64,000 nt of DNA from Aquifex aeolicus VF5 (GCF_000008625.1 NC_000918.1:596989-660988), one strand, 5' to 3'; positions 1-10,518 are shown, counted from the stretch's first letter. A program made the numbers and translations. The notes: generated by a model not told the origin, from the sequence alone.

Positions 1-973
1 CTTCAATCTTTTCTTCAAAGAACCTTTTGAAGTTTTCATATGTAGGCTCAAAGGGGTAAACCTTTTTCCTGTGCTCCAGTATTCCCTTTTCCAGAATTAA
101 CCTTACAGCAAGAAATTCCACGAGGTCCGAGGGATAAACCCTCTGGAAGTAGTAGTGTTTGTTGTGAGAACGCCACTTTATGTAGCCCGCTATCCCTTTC
201 AACTTTGCAAGCTCAAGGGTAATGTAGCGTTCCCACAGCTCCTCGGGAATTCCGTAAGACTTCAGGATATTATCTATTGCTTCTTCAGGCTCTTCAAAAC
301 TTTCCATAAGTTCACCGAGTTCTCTGCCTCCCCTGATTATAAACCTCAGGTTGTACTTGGCAAGTTCCCTGAAGGCTCTAAAGAATCCCTCCTTTCTCCT
401 TGGCATTTCAACCACAGACTGCCCTTCGTCCAGAAAGTCCAGGGAAAGCTTTATGAGCAACTCATTTACAGTTCTGTTTACACTTTCTCCAAAGAAAAGG
501 TCCACAAAGTCCGCTATCGTGTACTTTTTCCCGAACTCTGAAAACAGGTTTTCCATTACTTCTTTCGGGTTTTCTGAAAAGAACCCCTTCAGTTTTTCAA
601 CAAGATCTGTGTCAGCTTCCCTGATAAGGTAGGTGTTCTCGTAAACTTTCAGCTTTTCGTCTTTTATAAGTCTTAAGAGATCCTCATAAGTAAGAGGTGC
701 ACCTTCCAGATTTACGTTTTCCTTTAAAGAATTCAGTAATTTTTCTTCTTTTATTAAGCCTTTGTTTAAAAAGTCTATGTAATCCTTTCTCCTTAAAAAA
801 GCTCTTCCTTTAAATATTTCTTCTCCTTCTTTTATCGCTTTTGAAAAGTGTTCGCCTTCAAGCTCGTGGAGAGGGTTGTGGTAGACGAAGTTCCGCATAG
901 GCCAGAAGTAGGAAAGCGGTTCTCCCGCTACGTTTACGAGTGAGCGTATGTATAACTTCCTTCCAAGTTCCAT
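1..973 (-). CDS. DUF2309/UPF0753 (DabA-like) protein, 5' part only; gene continues past the window start
   Basis: Minus-strand ATG at 971-973 is preceded by GGGGGT, 14 nt after the upstream gene's stop. The N-terminus reads MELGRKLYIRSLVNVAGEPLSYFWPMRNFVYHNPLHELEGEHF, which matches the remembered UPF0753/DUF2309 N-terminal pattern WP...F..NPL.G.E..F. It is not in the ORF track because no stop lies within the window. Confidence 0.5.
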   Translation of the reverse strand, partial: MELGRKLYIRSLVNVAGEPLSYFWPMRNFVYHNPLHELEGEHFSKAIKEGEEIFKGRAFLRRKDYIDFLNKGLIKEEKLLNSLKENVNLEGAPLTYEDLLRLIKDEKLKVYENTYLIREADTDLVEKLKGFFSENPKEVMENLFSEFGKKYTIADFVDLFFGESVNRTVNELLIKLSLDFLDEGQSVVEMPRRKEGFFRAFRELAKYNLRFIIRGGRELGELMESFEEPEEAIDNILKSYGIPEELWERYITLELAKLKGIAGYIKWRSHNKHYYFQRVYPSDLVEFLAVRLILEKGILEHRKKVYPFEPTYENFKRFFEEKIE

Positions 974-986
974 AACTCTACCCCCT

Positions 987-3350
987 TCAAGCGATAAAGA
1001 ATCCGATTACAAGCAGTAAGACAAGAATTCCCAGGGCTGGTTTGAACACTCTATCGTCTAAATCCGTGTAAATCAGGTCTTCCCTTTCTCTGTAAAAGAG
1101 GAACTTCCCGAGGGATACGAGAATAGCTGTACTCAGTATCACCCAGCCAATTAGGAAAAGGGCGTATGTGTATAGGTTGAGTTCTATACCTGCGTAGTAG
1201 TATGCGTAAAAAGTTATGAAAAGGGGAGCTCCGTATAAGAAAAGAGCTGTGATAAAGGTAAGTGCGGAAAACTTAGGCGCTTTTTCCAAAAGTCCCGTTA
1301 TAAATCCAAACTCAGAAGAGCCATAATACTTTCTAAGGAATTCACCAAGATATACGAGGATTAAAATTCCGAAAGCTACAAATATCCCGAGCCAGAACTT
1401 ACTCGAAATCCAGAGAACTGAGGCAGAAGCTCCGAAAATATCGGGTATAAACTCACTTAAGTTTCTGGAAGAAAGACTCCTTAAAGAGAAAAAGGCAAAG
1501 GTTATTAAAGGCACGAGTGGAGAAAGAGAAATTTCTCCGAAGAATACCACTCCGAGAAGGGAACCAATAAGTAAAAGAACAGAATAGGTGTAGGGATTAC
1601 CCTTCAGCTTTAGAATCAGGTAAACGCTTGGAAGAAGAGGAATAAAGAGTCCTAGCAGAAGGGTTTTTACGAAATCTGCGGTGCTCAGCTCAAGGGCTAA
1701 GAGGAAAAGTGCAAAGAGAGATATTCCCGCGAATACGCTTTCTTTTTTCAAAACATCGGAGACTTTTAAAAGAAACTCTTTAATAAACTCGTAAAGGTCC
1801 GTAAAGTAGAGTTCTCTGGAGAGATGGGTGTAAACGAAGGTGTTGAAGGTAAGGAACTTTTCCTTGTTGGCGTAATATATGAAAACCCAACCCGCGAGTA
1901 TTATCAGTCCTATCAGTATCATTTCCGCTATGAGAACTACAGTATTTGCAAAGGAGCTTTCGTAAATTCTCTCTATTATTTCCTGATTGGGGTAAAGGAA
2001 CTTAGAGAGTGTATGTCCCATAACTACGTATCCGAGGAGGAATATAAGGAGTGAGAGTATAGCTATTAATGCTGAAAGCAGGGGCTTTTCCCTTTCCGTC
2101 CTGAAGGTGCTTATCACGGCCTGTGCTCCCGTAGCCCAAGCGAAAAAGAAGATTATGAGCTGAGTTTCATATTCCAAAAAGTGCTCCTCAACTATCAGGT
2201 GTATTAAAACCACGAGGAGCAAGGGAACGAGTATGGAGAGCAGTGCGTAAAGCAACCACGGCACGTTTTTCTCAAATTTTATTCCTCTTGTCACTACCTT
2301 GTAAACTTCGTCTTCTGGGATGTTTGGGTCCTTTCTCGCGCTGTGTATGACGTTACCCGAGTAAAGGAATAGGGTCGCCTTGAATATACCGTGTGCCATC
2401 ATGTGGTAAACTGCAAGGGCAAAAGCACCTATCCCAAACTCCATAACCATGTATCCCATCTGCCCTACAGTGGAGTATCCCAGAGACTTTTTAACGTCGT
2501 TTTGTATAAGCATCAGGGCGGAACCGAGTATCGCCGTAAGAGAACCTACGAAGAAGGCAAGGTAAAGTCCCGGGTTTTCGTGCGTAAAGAGAAAAGCAGT
2601 TCTGTTTACGAGGAAGGCTCCCGCGTTTACTATACCCGCATGCATGAGAGCGGATACGGGAGTGGGACCTTCCATACTGTATACAAGCCAGAGGTGAAAT
2701 GGAACCTGCGCGGACTTTATCATGGCTGACATAACGACGAGTAGCGGAACTACCCACAGGGTAAACGAGTACCCTTCAAAGGAAAGTACGGCCTTTTCAA
2801 GTTCGGGAATGCTCAGGGTTCTGAATTCAAGGTAGAGGAGAACAATGGCTATAAGCAGGGGAACGTCCGCAAGCCTCTGGGTTATAAAACTCAGGTTGGC
2901 GAACCTTACCGCTTTCTCCTCACGGTAGTTGTGGTTCAGGAGTAAAAACAGGAGAACTCCTACGAGGTGCCAAGCGAAGAATAAAAGGAGCAGGTTTCCG
3001 GCAACCACGAGAAGGATAAGCGTAGCGGTCATTAAGTCCAGAAGGGCGTAAAAGCGTCTGTATCCAGGCTCGTCCCTCATGTAGTTTTCCGCGTACTTGT
3101 GTATCACAGAACTGACGAGGAGTATGTAAGTAGAGAGGAGCAGCCCCAGTCTGTCTGGAAAGAGCTCTAAAACTCCGAAGAGAGAAAAGTGACCAAATGA
3201 TCCAGTAAGCAGGAGAATTAAAGAAATGAGGAAGTTTGTGAGTGTAAAAGAAGTACTCAGCCGCGCTCCCAGAACTCTATTCTCAAGCCTATAGACAAGA
3301 AAAGCGGAAACCAGTTGCAGGAGTATAGGGAGGATGATCATGTATTGCAT
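987..3350 (-). CDS. NuoL/MrpA-family proton-translocating membrane subunit (PF00361-like), putative DabB partner of the downstream DUF2309 gene
   Basis: A 787-aa polytopic membrane protein with the motif WLVYSMEGPTPVSALMHAGIVNAGAF, typical of NuoL/MrpA/Nqo12 antiporter-like subunits. It sits immediately upstream of a DUF2309 gene with a 14-nt gap. Confidence 0.75.
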   Translation of the reverse strand: MQYMIILPILLQLVSAFLVYRLENRVLGARLSTSFTLTNFLISLILLLTGSFGHFSLFGVLELFPDRLGLLLSTYILLVSSVIHKYAENYMRDEPGYRRFYALLDLMTATLILLVVAGNLLLLFFAWHLVGVLLFLLLNHNYREEKAVRFANLSFITQRLADVPLLIAIVLLYLEFRTLSIPELEKAVLSFEGYSFTLWVVPLLVVMSAMIKSAQVPFHLWLVYSMEGPTPVSALMHAGIVNAGAFLVNRTAFLFTHENPGLYLAFFVGSLTAILGSALMLIQNDVKKSLGYSTVGQMGYMVMEFGIGAFALAVYHMMAHGIFKATLFLYSGNVIHSARKDPNIPEDEVYKVVTRGIKFEKNVPWLLYALLSILVPLLLVVLIHLIVEEHFLEYETQLIIFFFAWATGAQAVISTFRTEREKPLLSALIAILSLLIFLLGYVVMGHTLSKFLYPNQEIIERIYESSFANTVVLIAEMILIGLIILAGWVFIYYANKEKFLTFNTFVYTHLSRELYFTDLYEFIKEFLLKVSDVLKKESVFAGISLFALFLLALELSTADFVKTLLLGLFIPLLPSVYLILKLKGNPYTYSVLLLIGSLLGVVFFGEISLSPLVPLITFAFFSLRSLSSRNLSEFIPDIFGASASVLWISSKFWLGIFVAFGILILVYLGEFLRKYYGSSEFGFITGLLEKAPKFSALTFITALFLYGAPLFITFYAYYYAGIELNLYTYALFLIGWVILSTAILVSLGKFLFYREREDLIYTDLDDRVFKPALGILVLLLVIGFFIA

Positions 3351-3404
3351 GGAAGGGTATTATAAGGGGAAAGGGAGAAAAAGGAAAGATGTTTTTTATC
3401 AGTT

Positions 3405-3608
3405 TTAGATGAGTTGTTGTTGTTTTTTGAGGGCTTTTAATATCTTCTTTCTCCTGTTCCTCTCCCTTTTCTTCTTCCTTTCACTCGGTGGCTCGTAGTA
3501 CTCTCTCCTCTTTAACTCGGTCAAAATTTGTTCCTGCTCAACTCTTGCCTTGAACCTCTTTAAAACCTTCTCTATAGGTTCTCCTTCCTGAACAATTACC
3601 GTAACCAA
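3405..3608 (-). CDS. rpsU: 30S ribosomal protein S21
   Basis: 67 aa, reading MVTVIVQEGEPIEKVLKRFKARVEQEQILTELKRREYYEPPSERKKKRERNRR with a very basic tail, which is the classic S21 profile. Confidence 0.9.
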   Translation of the reverse strand: MVTVIVQEGEPIEKVLKRFKARVEQEQILTELKRREYYEPPSERKKKRERNRRKKILKALKKQQQLI

Positions 3609-3667
3609 GCTTGCATCACCTCCTTTATCGGATTCGTAATTATACCAAATTAAAATCTATTTTAGAG

Positions 3668-3958
3668 ATGTTCAAGTACATAATCTTAATAACATTTTTA
3701 ATGGTTTTCAACCTGGTCTATTCAATCTACTCCCTGAGGGTGTGGAAGGAGTACACTGAAAGTTTCTACTTCTACTCACACCTCGTAAAGGAAAACATGT
3801 TGCTTATGAAGGAAGTTCACGAGAGGATTAATTACAGAAAACTCCTGAAGTACGCAAGAAAGCACGGCTTTAAGGATGTAAGTCCGAAAGACGTCAAAGG
3901 AATTTTAGAGATATATCTAACCAGCGAGAAGAGTGAACAATCGCGCCAGAAGAAATGA
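3668..3958 (+). CDS. hypothetical small membrane protein with one N-terminal TM helix and a charged C-terminus
   Basis: ORF between rpsU and nadC, overlapping the nadC 3' end. The internal Met MFKYIILITFLMVFNLVYSIY starts a TM helix. No homology was recognised. Confidence 0.3.
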   Translation: MFKYIILITFLMVFNLVYSIYSLRVWKEYTESFYFYSHLVKENMLLMKEVHERINYRKLLKYARKHGFKDVSPKDVKGILEIYLTSEKSEQSRQKK

Positions 3959-4718
3959 AGTCCACACCTTCAACCGCGTAATCCAGAACGTTATCAAGGG
4001 TTATGTTTCCCGAGACCTCTACCAGCGCCCTTCCCTTTATAATTTCCACAGCTCTTTTTACTTCTTCCGGTGTGAAGTTGTCGAGCATAATCACGTCAAC
4101 ACCTGCACTCAGTGCTTCTTCTACCTCTTCCAAGTTTTCAACTTCCACCTCAATTTTGTAAACAGGGGAAATCCTTTCCCTTACCCTCTTTACAGCCTCC
4201 TTTATGCTTCCGGCCACCCTCTTGTGGTTGTCTTTGATGAGAACCATGTCGTAGAGTCCAAACCTGTGGTTCGTCCCGCCTCCTATCCGCACTGCGTACT
4301 TTTCAAAGTAACGAAAACCCGGCGTTGTCTTCCGAGTGTCTAAAATTTTCACGTTAGTCCCTTTAAGTTTTTCTACAAACTTTCTCGCCGTTGTGGCGAT
4401 TCCGGAAAGTCTCTGAAGGATATTCAGGGAAAGTCTCTCACCGATGAGGAGGCTCTTTGCATCTCCCTCAAGAATTGCAAGTATTTCTCCTTTTTCGAAA
4501 ACCTCGCCTTCCCTTTTTTTGAACTCAACACTTACTCCGCCGAGAATTTCAAAAACCATCTCAACGAAGGGAGCACCTGCAAGTACGCCTTCTTCCTTTG
4601 TCTTTATTACCGCCTTTGCTTTTTCACCTCTGTAAATTCCTTCTGTAGTTATGTCGCCTGTTCCTATGTCTTCGAGTAAAAACTCTTTTAGTTTTTCCTT
4701 TACGAGGATTTCGTTCAT
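3894..4718 (-). CDS. nadC: nicotinate-nucleotide pyrophosphorylase (quinolinate phosphoribosyltransferase)
   Basis: 274 aa containing ILDTRKTTPGFRYFEKYAVRIGGGTNHRFGLYDMVLIKDNH, the QPRTase signature. Confidence 0.9.
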   Translation of the reverse strand: MNEILVKEKLKEFLLEDIGTGDITTEGIYRGEKAKAVIKTKEEGVLAGAPFVEMVFEILGGVSVEFKKREGEVFEKGEILAILEGDAKSLLIGERLSLNILQRLSGIATTARKFVEKLKGTNVKILDTRKTTPGFRYFEKYAVRIGGGTNHRFGLYDMVLIKDNHKRVAGSIKEAVKRVRERISPVYKIEVEVENLEEVEEALSAGVDVIMLDNFTPEEVKRAVEIIKGRALVEVSGNITLDNVLDYAVEGVDFISSGAIVHSSRWLDISLKFL

Positions 4719-4725
4719 GGTTGGG

Positions 4726-4813
4726 TGGTGGGGGTGGAGGGAGTCGAACCCTCACGGGCTTTTCGCCCAGGGGATTTTAAGTCCCCCGCGTCTGCCAATT
4801 CCGCCACACCCCC
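4726..4813 (-). tRNA. tRNA-Leu (anticodon TAA), long variable arm, CCA encoded
   Basis: Reverse complement is GGGGGTGTGGCGGAATTGGCAGACGCGGGGGACTTAAAATCCCC...GGGTTCGACTCCCTCCACCCCCACCA. The acceptor stem GGGGGTG pairs with CACCCCC, the anticodon loop is CTTAAAA, and there is a TPsiC-like GGTTCGA. Confidence 0.85.
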
Positions 4814-4863
4814 TAACTAAAGAAATATATTATACTTATAGAAAGAACTTTTCTCAAGAAATC

Positions 4864-6210
4864 ATGAGAGAACCCATCGTAGCTATAGCCACTCCTTACG
4901 GTGAGAGTGCAATAGGTATAGTTCGCCTATCGGGAAAGGGCGTACTGGACTTAGTTAAGAAGTTCTTCAAAACGAAGAGGGAAATAAAGCCGAGGTACGC
5001 CCACTTCGGCGTTCTCTACGACGATAAAGGCGAAGAACTCGACGAAGGAGTCCTTATATACTACAAAGCTCCTCACTCCTATACGGGCGAGGATATGGTA
5101 GAACTCAACCTCCACGGAAATCCGAGGATTCTCAAAAGAGCTCTGGAACTTTTTGTAAACGCCGGAGCACGGCTCGCAGAACCCGGAGAGTTTACCAAGA
5201 GAGCCTTTTTAAACGGAAAACTGGATTTAACTCAGGCGGAAGCCGTTGCGGAGTTAATATCCGCAAAAACGGAACTTGCGAGGAAGGTAGCCCTGAAACA
5301 ACTTCACGGAGAGCTTTCAAAACACATAAGACCTTTGAGAGAAACGCTTCTGGAACTCCTCGCCTACGTAGAGGCTGACATAGAGTTCGCGGAGGAAGAC
5401 ATACCGACCCTAACAAAGGAACAGGTAATCCAGATGGTGGACAAAGTAATAGAGGGAATAAACGAACTCCTGAAAACCGCAAAAACCGGAAAGTTCATAA
5501 GGGAAGGTGTAAAATTAGCTATCGTTGGAAGACCCAACGTAGGAAAGTCCTCCCTCTTTAACGCACTCCTCAAAGAGGAGAGGGCTATAGTCACGGACAT
5601 AGCTGGAACCACGAGGGACTTTATAGAGGAAACTCTCCAGATAAAGGGAGTGCCCGTAAGACTCGTAGACACCGCGGGAATAAGGGAAACTAAAGACCTG
5701 GTTGAGAGAATAGGAGTAGAAAGGAGCAAACAAAAGGTTAAGGAAGCGGATCTTATTCTCTTCGTAATAGACGCAAGTCAGGAAATTACCGAGGAGGATT
5801 TAAGGATATACGAGGAGATAAAGGAAAAGGATCACATCGTAGTGGCTAACAAGGTGGACTTAGGGATTAGGGCAAATCTCGAAAAGTTTAAAGGAGAAAA
5901 AATTGTAAAGGTGAGTGCTTTAAAGGGAACTGGACTGGAGGAGCTTTCCGAGGAAATTCTGAAAAAAGTCGGTGCAAATCTCGAAGAAAGTGTTAATATA
6001 TACATATCCGTTAGACACGAAACTCTTCTCAAAAAGGCAAAAGAAGTTTTAGAAAGGTTTAAGGAGGAGTTCAGGGAAAAAGATATAAGTCCTGAAATCG
6101 CCATGCTTGACCTGAGGGAAGCTTCGGACTACTTGGGAGAAATTTTGGGAGAGATTACCACGGAGGATCTTTTAGGAAAAATCTTTTCCACCTTCTGCAT
6201 AGGAAAGTAA
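4864..6210 (+). CDS. mnmE: tRNA modification GTPase MnmE (TrmE)
   Basis: Internal start MREPIVAIATPYGESAIGIVRLSG, followed by a G-domain (GRPNVGKSSLFNAL, DTAGIRET) and the C-terminal CIGK motif. The long N-terminal extension in the ORF track overlaps the tRNA and nadC, so I rejected it as the start. Confidence 0.9.
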   Translation: MREPIVAIATPYGESAIGIVRLSGKGVLDLVKKFFKTKREIKPRYAHFGVLYDDKGEELDEGVLIYYKAPHSYTGEDMVELNLHGNPRILKRALELFVNAGARLAEPGEFTKRAFLNGKLDLTQAEAVAELISAKTELARKVALKQLHGELSKHIRPLRETLLELLAYVEADIEFAEEDIPTLTKEQVIQMVDKVIEGINELLKTAKTGKFIREGVKLAIVGRPNVGKSSLFNALLKEERAIVTDIAGTTRDFIEETLQIKGVPVRLVDTAGIRETKDLVERIGVERSKQKVKEADLILFVIDASQEITEEDLRIYEEIKEKDHIVVANKVDLGIRANLEKFKGEKIVKVSALKGTGLEELSEEILKKVGANLEESVNIYISVRHETLLKKAKEVLERFKEEFREKDISPEIAMLDLREASDYLGEILGEITTEDLLGKIFSTFCIGK

Positions 6211-6225
6211 GAAGAGGAGGTTATC

Positions 6226-7536
6226 ATGACTCAGCAAACCGCTCAACAAGAACAACAAAAGAGTGAAGTAAAAATTTACAGCAGGGAAGAGTTAAAACAA
6301 AAGACCTTAGCGGAGCTCCAGAAAATCGGGAAGGAGCTCGGACTCACCAGAACCACGGGACTTAAAAAAGAGGAGTTAATAGAGAAAATACTAAAAGCTC
6401 AGCTCGAAAAGAGCAGACTCGTTTTCGTAAAAGGTGTCCTCGAAATTCTCCCCGAAGGCTACGGCTTCTTAAGGATGCCGGAGAACAACTACATGCCAAG
6501 CTGGAACGACGTTTACGTTGCCCCCTCCCAGATAAAGAAGTTCGGACTCAGAACGGGAGATACGATTGAGGGCTTTGCGAGACTGCCCAGAGAAAACGAA
6601 AAGTACAAGGCGTTGATCAGAATGGAATCCGTGAACGGACTTCCGCCTGACCCCGAAATACTCAAGAGAAGACCCCAGTTTGAAAAGCTCACACCCCTTC
6701 ACCCCATGGAAAGGTTCAAACTCGAGTACGACCCGAATGAGCTCTCCACCCGTGTGGTCAGCCTGATAGCACCTATAGGTAAGGGACAGAGAGGATTAAT
6801 AGTAGCACCTCCGAAGGCCGGAAAAACGGTTCTCCTCCAGAAAATAGCCCAAGCTATTATAAGAAACCACCCAGAAGTTTACCTCATAATTCTCCTGATA
6901 GACGAAAGACCCGAAGAAGTCACTGAAATGAGAAGGATAGTGAAGGACAAGGCTGAAGTAGTAGCATCTACTTTTGACGAACCACCCGAAAGGCACATGC
7001 AGGTTGCGGAAATAGTCGTGGAAAAGGCAAAGAGAATGGTAGAACTCAAGAAAGACGTAGTAATACTTATGGACTCCTTGACAAGGTTTACGAGAGCTTC
7101 TAACGCGGTGACTCCTCCTACGGGCAGAGTTCTCACGGGTGGTATAGAAATCACAGCCTTCCAGAGACCTAAAAAGTTCTTTGGTGCTGCGCGGAACATA
7201 GAAGAGGGAGGAAGCCTCACCATAATCGCAACCGCTCTCGTAGAGACAGGTTCAAAGATGGACGATGTAATCTACGAAGAGTTCAAAGGAACGGGTAATA
7301 TGGAAATACACCTCGACAGAAGACTAATGGAAAGGAGGATATTCCCCGCCATAAACATAGAAAAGTCAGGAACCAGAAAGGAAGAACTCCTTTTAGAGCC
7401 CTGGGAACTCCAGAGGATTTGGGTTCTCAGGAAGTTCCTGTCAACAATGGACCCTGTGGAGGCTATGGAATTCCTCCTTGAAAAACTGAGAAGGTTCAAA
7501 ACGAACGAGGAGTTCCTTAAAGCCATGAACGCTTGA
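6226..7536 (+). CDS. rho: transcription termination factor Rho
   Basis: 436 aa with an N-terminal RNA-binding domain, a Walker A motif [17 protein letters not shown] and RecA-like ATPase motifs. Confidence 0.95.
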   Translation: MTQQTAQQEQQKSEVKIYSREELKQKTLAELQKIGKELGLTRTTGLKKEELIEKILKAQLEKSRLVFVKGVLEILPEGYGFLRMPENNYMPSWNDVYVAPSQIKKFGLRTGDTIEGFARLPRENEKYKALIRMESVNGLPPDPEILKRRPQFEKLTPLHPMERFKLEYDPNELSTRVVSLIAPIGKGQRGLIVAPPKAGKTVLLQKIAQAIIRNHPEVYLIILLIDERPEEVTEMRRIVKDKAEVVASTFDEPPERHMQVAEIVVEKAKRMVELKKDVVILMDSLTRFTRASNAVTPPTGRVLTGGIEITAFQRPKKFFGAARNIEEGGSLTIIATALVETGSKMDDVIYEEFKGTGNMEIHLDRRLMERRIFPAINIEKSGTRKEELLLEPWELQRIWVLRKFLSTMDPVEAMEFLLEKLRRFKTNEEFLKAMNA

Positions 7537-7586
7537 AAGCGAAGAACTTTTATAATAACTTTTTTATCTTGCGAGGAGGTAGGTAA

Positions 7587-7793
7587 ATGAAGAAGGGTAT
7601 TCACCCCGAACTAAAACCCACAACTTTCGTATGCGGTTGCGGAAACACCTTTACGCTTCTCTCCACAAAAGGAGGAACTGTTTACTTAGAAGTTTGCAAC
7701 CAGTGTCACCCCTTTTACGCGGGCAAACTGAAGATAAAGCCCGCTTACTACGAAATGCTTGCGGAATTTGAAGGAGGTAAGAAAGAAGAGTAA
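7587..7793 (+). CDS. rpmE: 50S ribosomal protein L31 (zinc-binding type)
   Basis: 68 aa reading MKKGIHPELKPTTFVCGCGNTF...CNQCHPFYAGK. Confidence 0.9.
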   Translation: MKKGIHPELKPTTFVCGCGNTFTLLSTKGGTVYLEVCNQCHPFYAGKLKIKPAYYEMLAEFEGGKKEE

Positions 7794-7796
7794 AAA

Positions 7797-8885
7797 ATGC
7801 TGAAGGAAGCCTACATATCCAGACTTGACAAACTCCAGGAAAAGTACAGGAAACTTCAGGAAGAACTCAGTAAACCCGAAGTAATACAGGACGTAGAAAA
7901 GTACAAGAAACTCAGTAAAGAGCTTAAAGAACTCCAGGAGATAAACGAGCTATACGAAAGATACAAAAAAGCCCAGAAGGAATTAAAGGAAGCAAAGGAG
8001 CTTTTGAAGAGTTCGGACAAGGACTTAAGGGAACTCGCGGAAGAAGAGGTAAACAGACTTACTGAAGAGATGAAGAAACTTGAAGAAGAGTTAAAGGTTC
8101 ACCTGGTTCCAAAGGATCCAAACGATACTAAAAACGTTATCCTTGAAATAAGGGCGGGAGCGGGTGGTGAGGAGGCTGCCCTCTTTGCCGCGGACCTCTT
8201 CAGGATGTACCAGAAGTACGCAGAAGAAAAGGGCTGGAAGGTAAGTATACTCTCTTCAAACAAAACGGGACTCGGCGGATACAAGGAAGTAATAGCCCTT
8301 ATAGAAGGTGAAGGTGCTTATTCGAGGCTAAAGTACGAAAGCGGTGTCCACAGGGTTCAAAGAGTACCTGTCACCGAAAGTAGCGGAAGGATTCACACCT
8401 CAACCGCCACCGTGGCGGTTCTTCCCGAAGTTGACGAAACGGACATAAAGATTAAGCCAGAGGAACTGAAAATAGAAACCTTCAGGGCTTCGGGAGCGGG
8501 CGGACAGTACGTGAACACCACCGAAACAGCTGTAAGGATTACACACATACCTACGGGTATAGTGGTTCAGTGCCAGGATGAAAGGTCTCAATTCCAGAAC
8601 AAACAAAAAGCTCTTAAAATCCTGTACGCGAAACTAAAGGACTACTACGAAAGAAAGAAGCAGGAAGAAATAGCGAAGGAAAGAAAGGAACAGGTCGGAA
8701 CTGGAGAGAGGAGTGAAAAGATAAGAACTTACAACTTCCCTCAAAATAGGGTTACCGATCACAGGATAAACCTAACCCTTTACAAGCTTCAGGATGTTCT
8801 GGAAGGAAAACTGGACGAAATAATAGACGCCTTGAGGGCGAAGGAAATAGAAAAGAAACTGGAACTAGTAGAAAAGGAAGGTTAA
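7797..8885 (+). CDS. prfA: peptide chain release factor 1
   Basis: Contains the GGQ motif ([23 protein letters not shown]) and the RF1-type PVT codon-recognition motif (RVPVTES). Confidence 0.95.
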   Translation: MLKEAYISRLDKLQEKYRKLQEELSKPEVIQDVEKYKKLSKELKELQEINELYERYKKAQKELKEAKELLKSSDKDLRELAEEEVNRLTEEMKKLEEELKVHLVPKDPNDTKNVILEIRAGAGGEEAALFAADLFRMYQKYAEEKGWKVSILSSNKTGLGGYKEVIALIEGEGAYSRLKYESGVHRVQRVPVTESSGRIHTSTATVAVLPEVDETDIKIKPEELKIETFRASGAGGQYVNTTETAVRITHIPTGIVVQCQDERSQFQNKQKALKILYAKLKDYYERKKQEEIAKERKEQVGTGERSEKIRTYNFPQNRVTDHRINLTLYKLQDVLEGKLDEIIDALRAKEIEKKLELVEKEG

Positions 8886-9118
8886 TCCTTTATAGGGATA
8901 CTTATCCAGAGTTGTTCCTTGTCTACATCCTCCCTTTTGAGGTTAACTTCTATGTTGCTGGCGTCAAAGTAGGGGTACTTTCCAAACACGCTAACCAAGT
9001 CTCTTTTTATCTCCTCTACTATACTCGGCGGAAGTCCGCTTCTTTCGTAAGATAAAACTAATTGCAGACGTTTCTTAGCCACGTCTTTACTTTTTCTCGA
9101 TTTAAATAATCCGAACAA
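8882..9118 (-). CDS. minE: cell division topological specificity factor MinE
   Basis: 78 aa, [22 protein letters not shown]..., lying downstream of minD. Confidence 0.85.
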   Translation of the reverse strand: MFGLFKSRKSKDVAKKRLQLVLSYERSGLPPSIVEEIKRDLVSVFGKYPYFDASNIEVNLKREDVDKEQLWISIPIKD

Positions 9119-9122
9119 TTTC

Positions 9123-9911
9123 TTACCCTCCTAGTAACCGGCTCAAAAGCCCTTTCTTTTCTCCGTAGCGCTTCAGGGGAATGCTTTCACCCATTAACCT
9201 GCGGGCTGTGTCTATTATGGCTTGAGATGCGGGAAACTTTTCATCAAGTACTATAGGCTCACCCCTATTAGTAAAGTCCACGAGTTTCGGTTCTTCGGGA
9301 ATTATACCGATAATTTCGGCTTTAAGTATATCTACTATATCCTCAACTGATAGCATAGCCCCCCTTTTCACCATTTCCCACTTTATCCTGTTTACGATAA
9401 CTTTGTAATTTCTCTTGTCCATGCTCTCCAGAAGCCCTATTACCCTGTCCGCGTCCCTTATAGAGGAAACCTCTGGATTAACAACTATTAGAGCTTTGTC
9501 CGCAGGGGATACCGCTATCTGAAAACCTTTTTCTATACCAGCAGGAGAATCTACGAGGATGTAATCGTAATTTCCTGAATTTTTAATCTCTTCTACAGTT
9601 TTGTTCCACTTTTCAATGTCTATTACGTCCTTATTTGCCCTCTGGTTTGCGGGAAGTAGCCATAGGGAAAGTCCCCTTTTGTCCTTCACGAGTGCTTTTT
9701 CATAAGGCACCCTTCCTTCAAGCACGTCAAGAATGTCGTATACTATCCTGTTTTCAAGACCTAGAATCATATCCAGGTTTCTCAACCCGATGTCTGCGTC
9801 GATTAAGAGGACTTTTTTACCAAGCTTTGCGAGTGCGGTACCTATGTTTGCGGTAAGTGTAGTTTTTCCTACGCCTCCCTTTCCGGAGGTTATAACAATA
9901 ACTTCAGCCAT
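9123..9911 (-). CDS. minD: septum site-determining ATPase MinD
   Basis: Deviant Walker A motif SGKGGVGKTT and length 262 aa. Confidence 0.95.
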   Translation of the reverse strand: MAEVIVITSGKGGVGKTTLTANIGTALAKLGKKVLLIDADIGLRNLDMILGLENRIVYDILDVLEGRVPYEKALVKDKRGLSLWLLPANQRANKDVIDIEKWNKTVEEIKNSGNYDYILVDSPAGIEKGFQIAVSPADKALIVVNPEVSSIRDADRVIGLLESMDKRNYKVIVNRIKWEMVKRGAMLSVEDIVDILKAEIIGIIPEEPKLVDFTNRGEPIVLDEKFPASQAIIDTARRLMGESIPLKRYGEKKGLLSRLLGG

Positions 9912-10495
9912 CTTTCCGCTCCTTCTATTGGTTCTAATACTATATCTTCGCCCTCTATTTTTGCAACTTCCGGGTATCCCGGTGAGTTTCTATCCGCCTC
10001 CGACATTATAGCCTTCTTTTTCCCTATCTGGAGGAGTTGAGGCTCCATCTTGAGAGCCACTATGACCGCCGAGTGATCTCCTATCAAACCGGCCTTTGCA
10101 ACACCCCTCAGCTTTCCCATAACTATGATGTTCCCACCAGCGAGGACCTCGGCATCTTTGTTCACATCTCCGAGTATTAAAATGTCTCCTCTGTGTTCTA
10201 TCCTCTGACCTGCCCTTAACGTTCTCTCTATTATGAGAAGTCTGCTTTCTTCCCTTTTCTCCTTTCCTTCTTTCTTACCTTCTATAAAACCGCGTGAGAA
10301 CTCCTTCAGGATTTCTTCTACTTTTTTTCTCTCTTCCGGCTTTAATACTTCCGGGTTTTCAAGGATTATCAAGCTTCCTTTGAATATATTGTGGGAGAGT
10401 TTTTCTTTCAATTCTTTAAGTAATTTATCTATGTTTCCTTTTTCCTTTATCTTTATCTGGATTACGGGAAGTGTTTTTCCCTTTATCTCTATCAC
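9890..10495 (-). CDS. minC: septum formation inhibitor MinC
   Basis: The C-terminal beta-helix region GDVNKDAEVLAGGNIIVMGKLRGVAKAG, plus position upstream of minD. Confidence 0.8.
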   Translation of the reverse strand: MIEIKGKTLPVIQIKIKEKGNIDKLLKELKEKLSHNIFKGSLIILENPEVLKPEERKKVEEILKEFSRGFIEGKKEGKEKREESRLLIIERTLRAGQRIEHRGDILILGDVNKDAEVLAGGNIIVMGKLRGVAKAGLIGDHSAVIVALKMEPQLLQIGKKKAIMSEADRNSPGYPEVAKIEGEDIVLEPIEGAERWLKLLL

Positions 10496-10518
10496 CTTAA
10501 CTATTATTATAAGGAAGT

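Noticed and set aside
155-632. Plus-strand ORFs of 128 and 93 aa at the left edge
   Set aside because: Both lie entirely antisense to the well-supported DUF2309-like gene on the minus strand and have low-complexity, stop-poor composition. I judge them spurious.
1824-2757. Several 60-110-aa ORFs on both strands inside the MrpA/NuoL-like gene
   Set aside because: All are nested within or antisense to a long, well-supported membrane-protein CDS.
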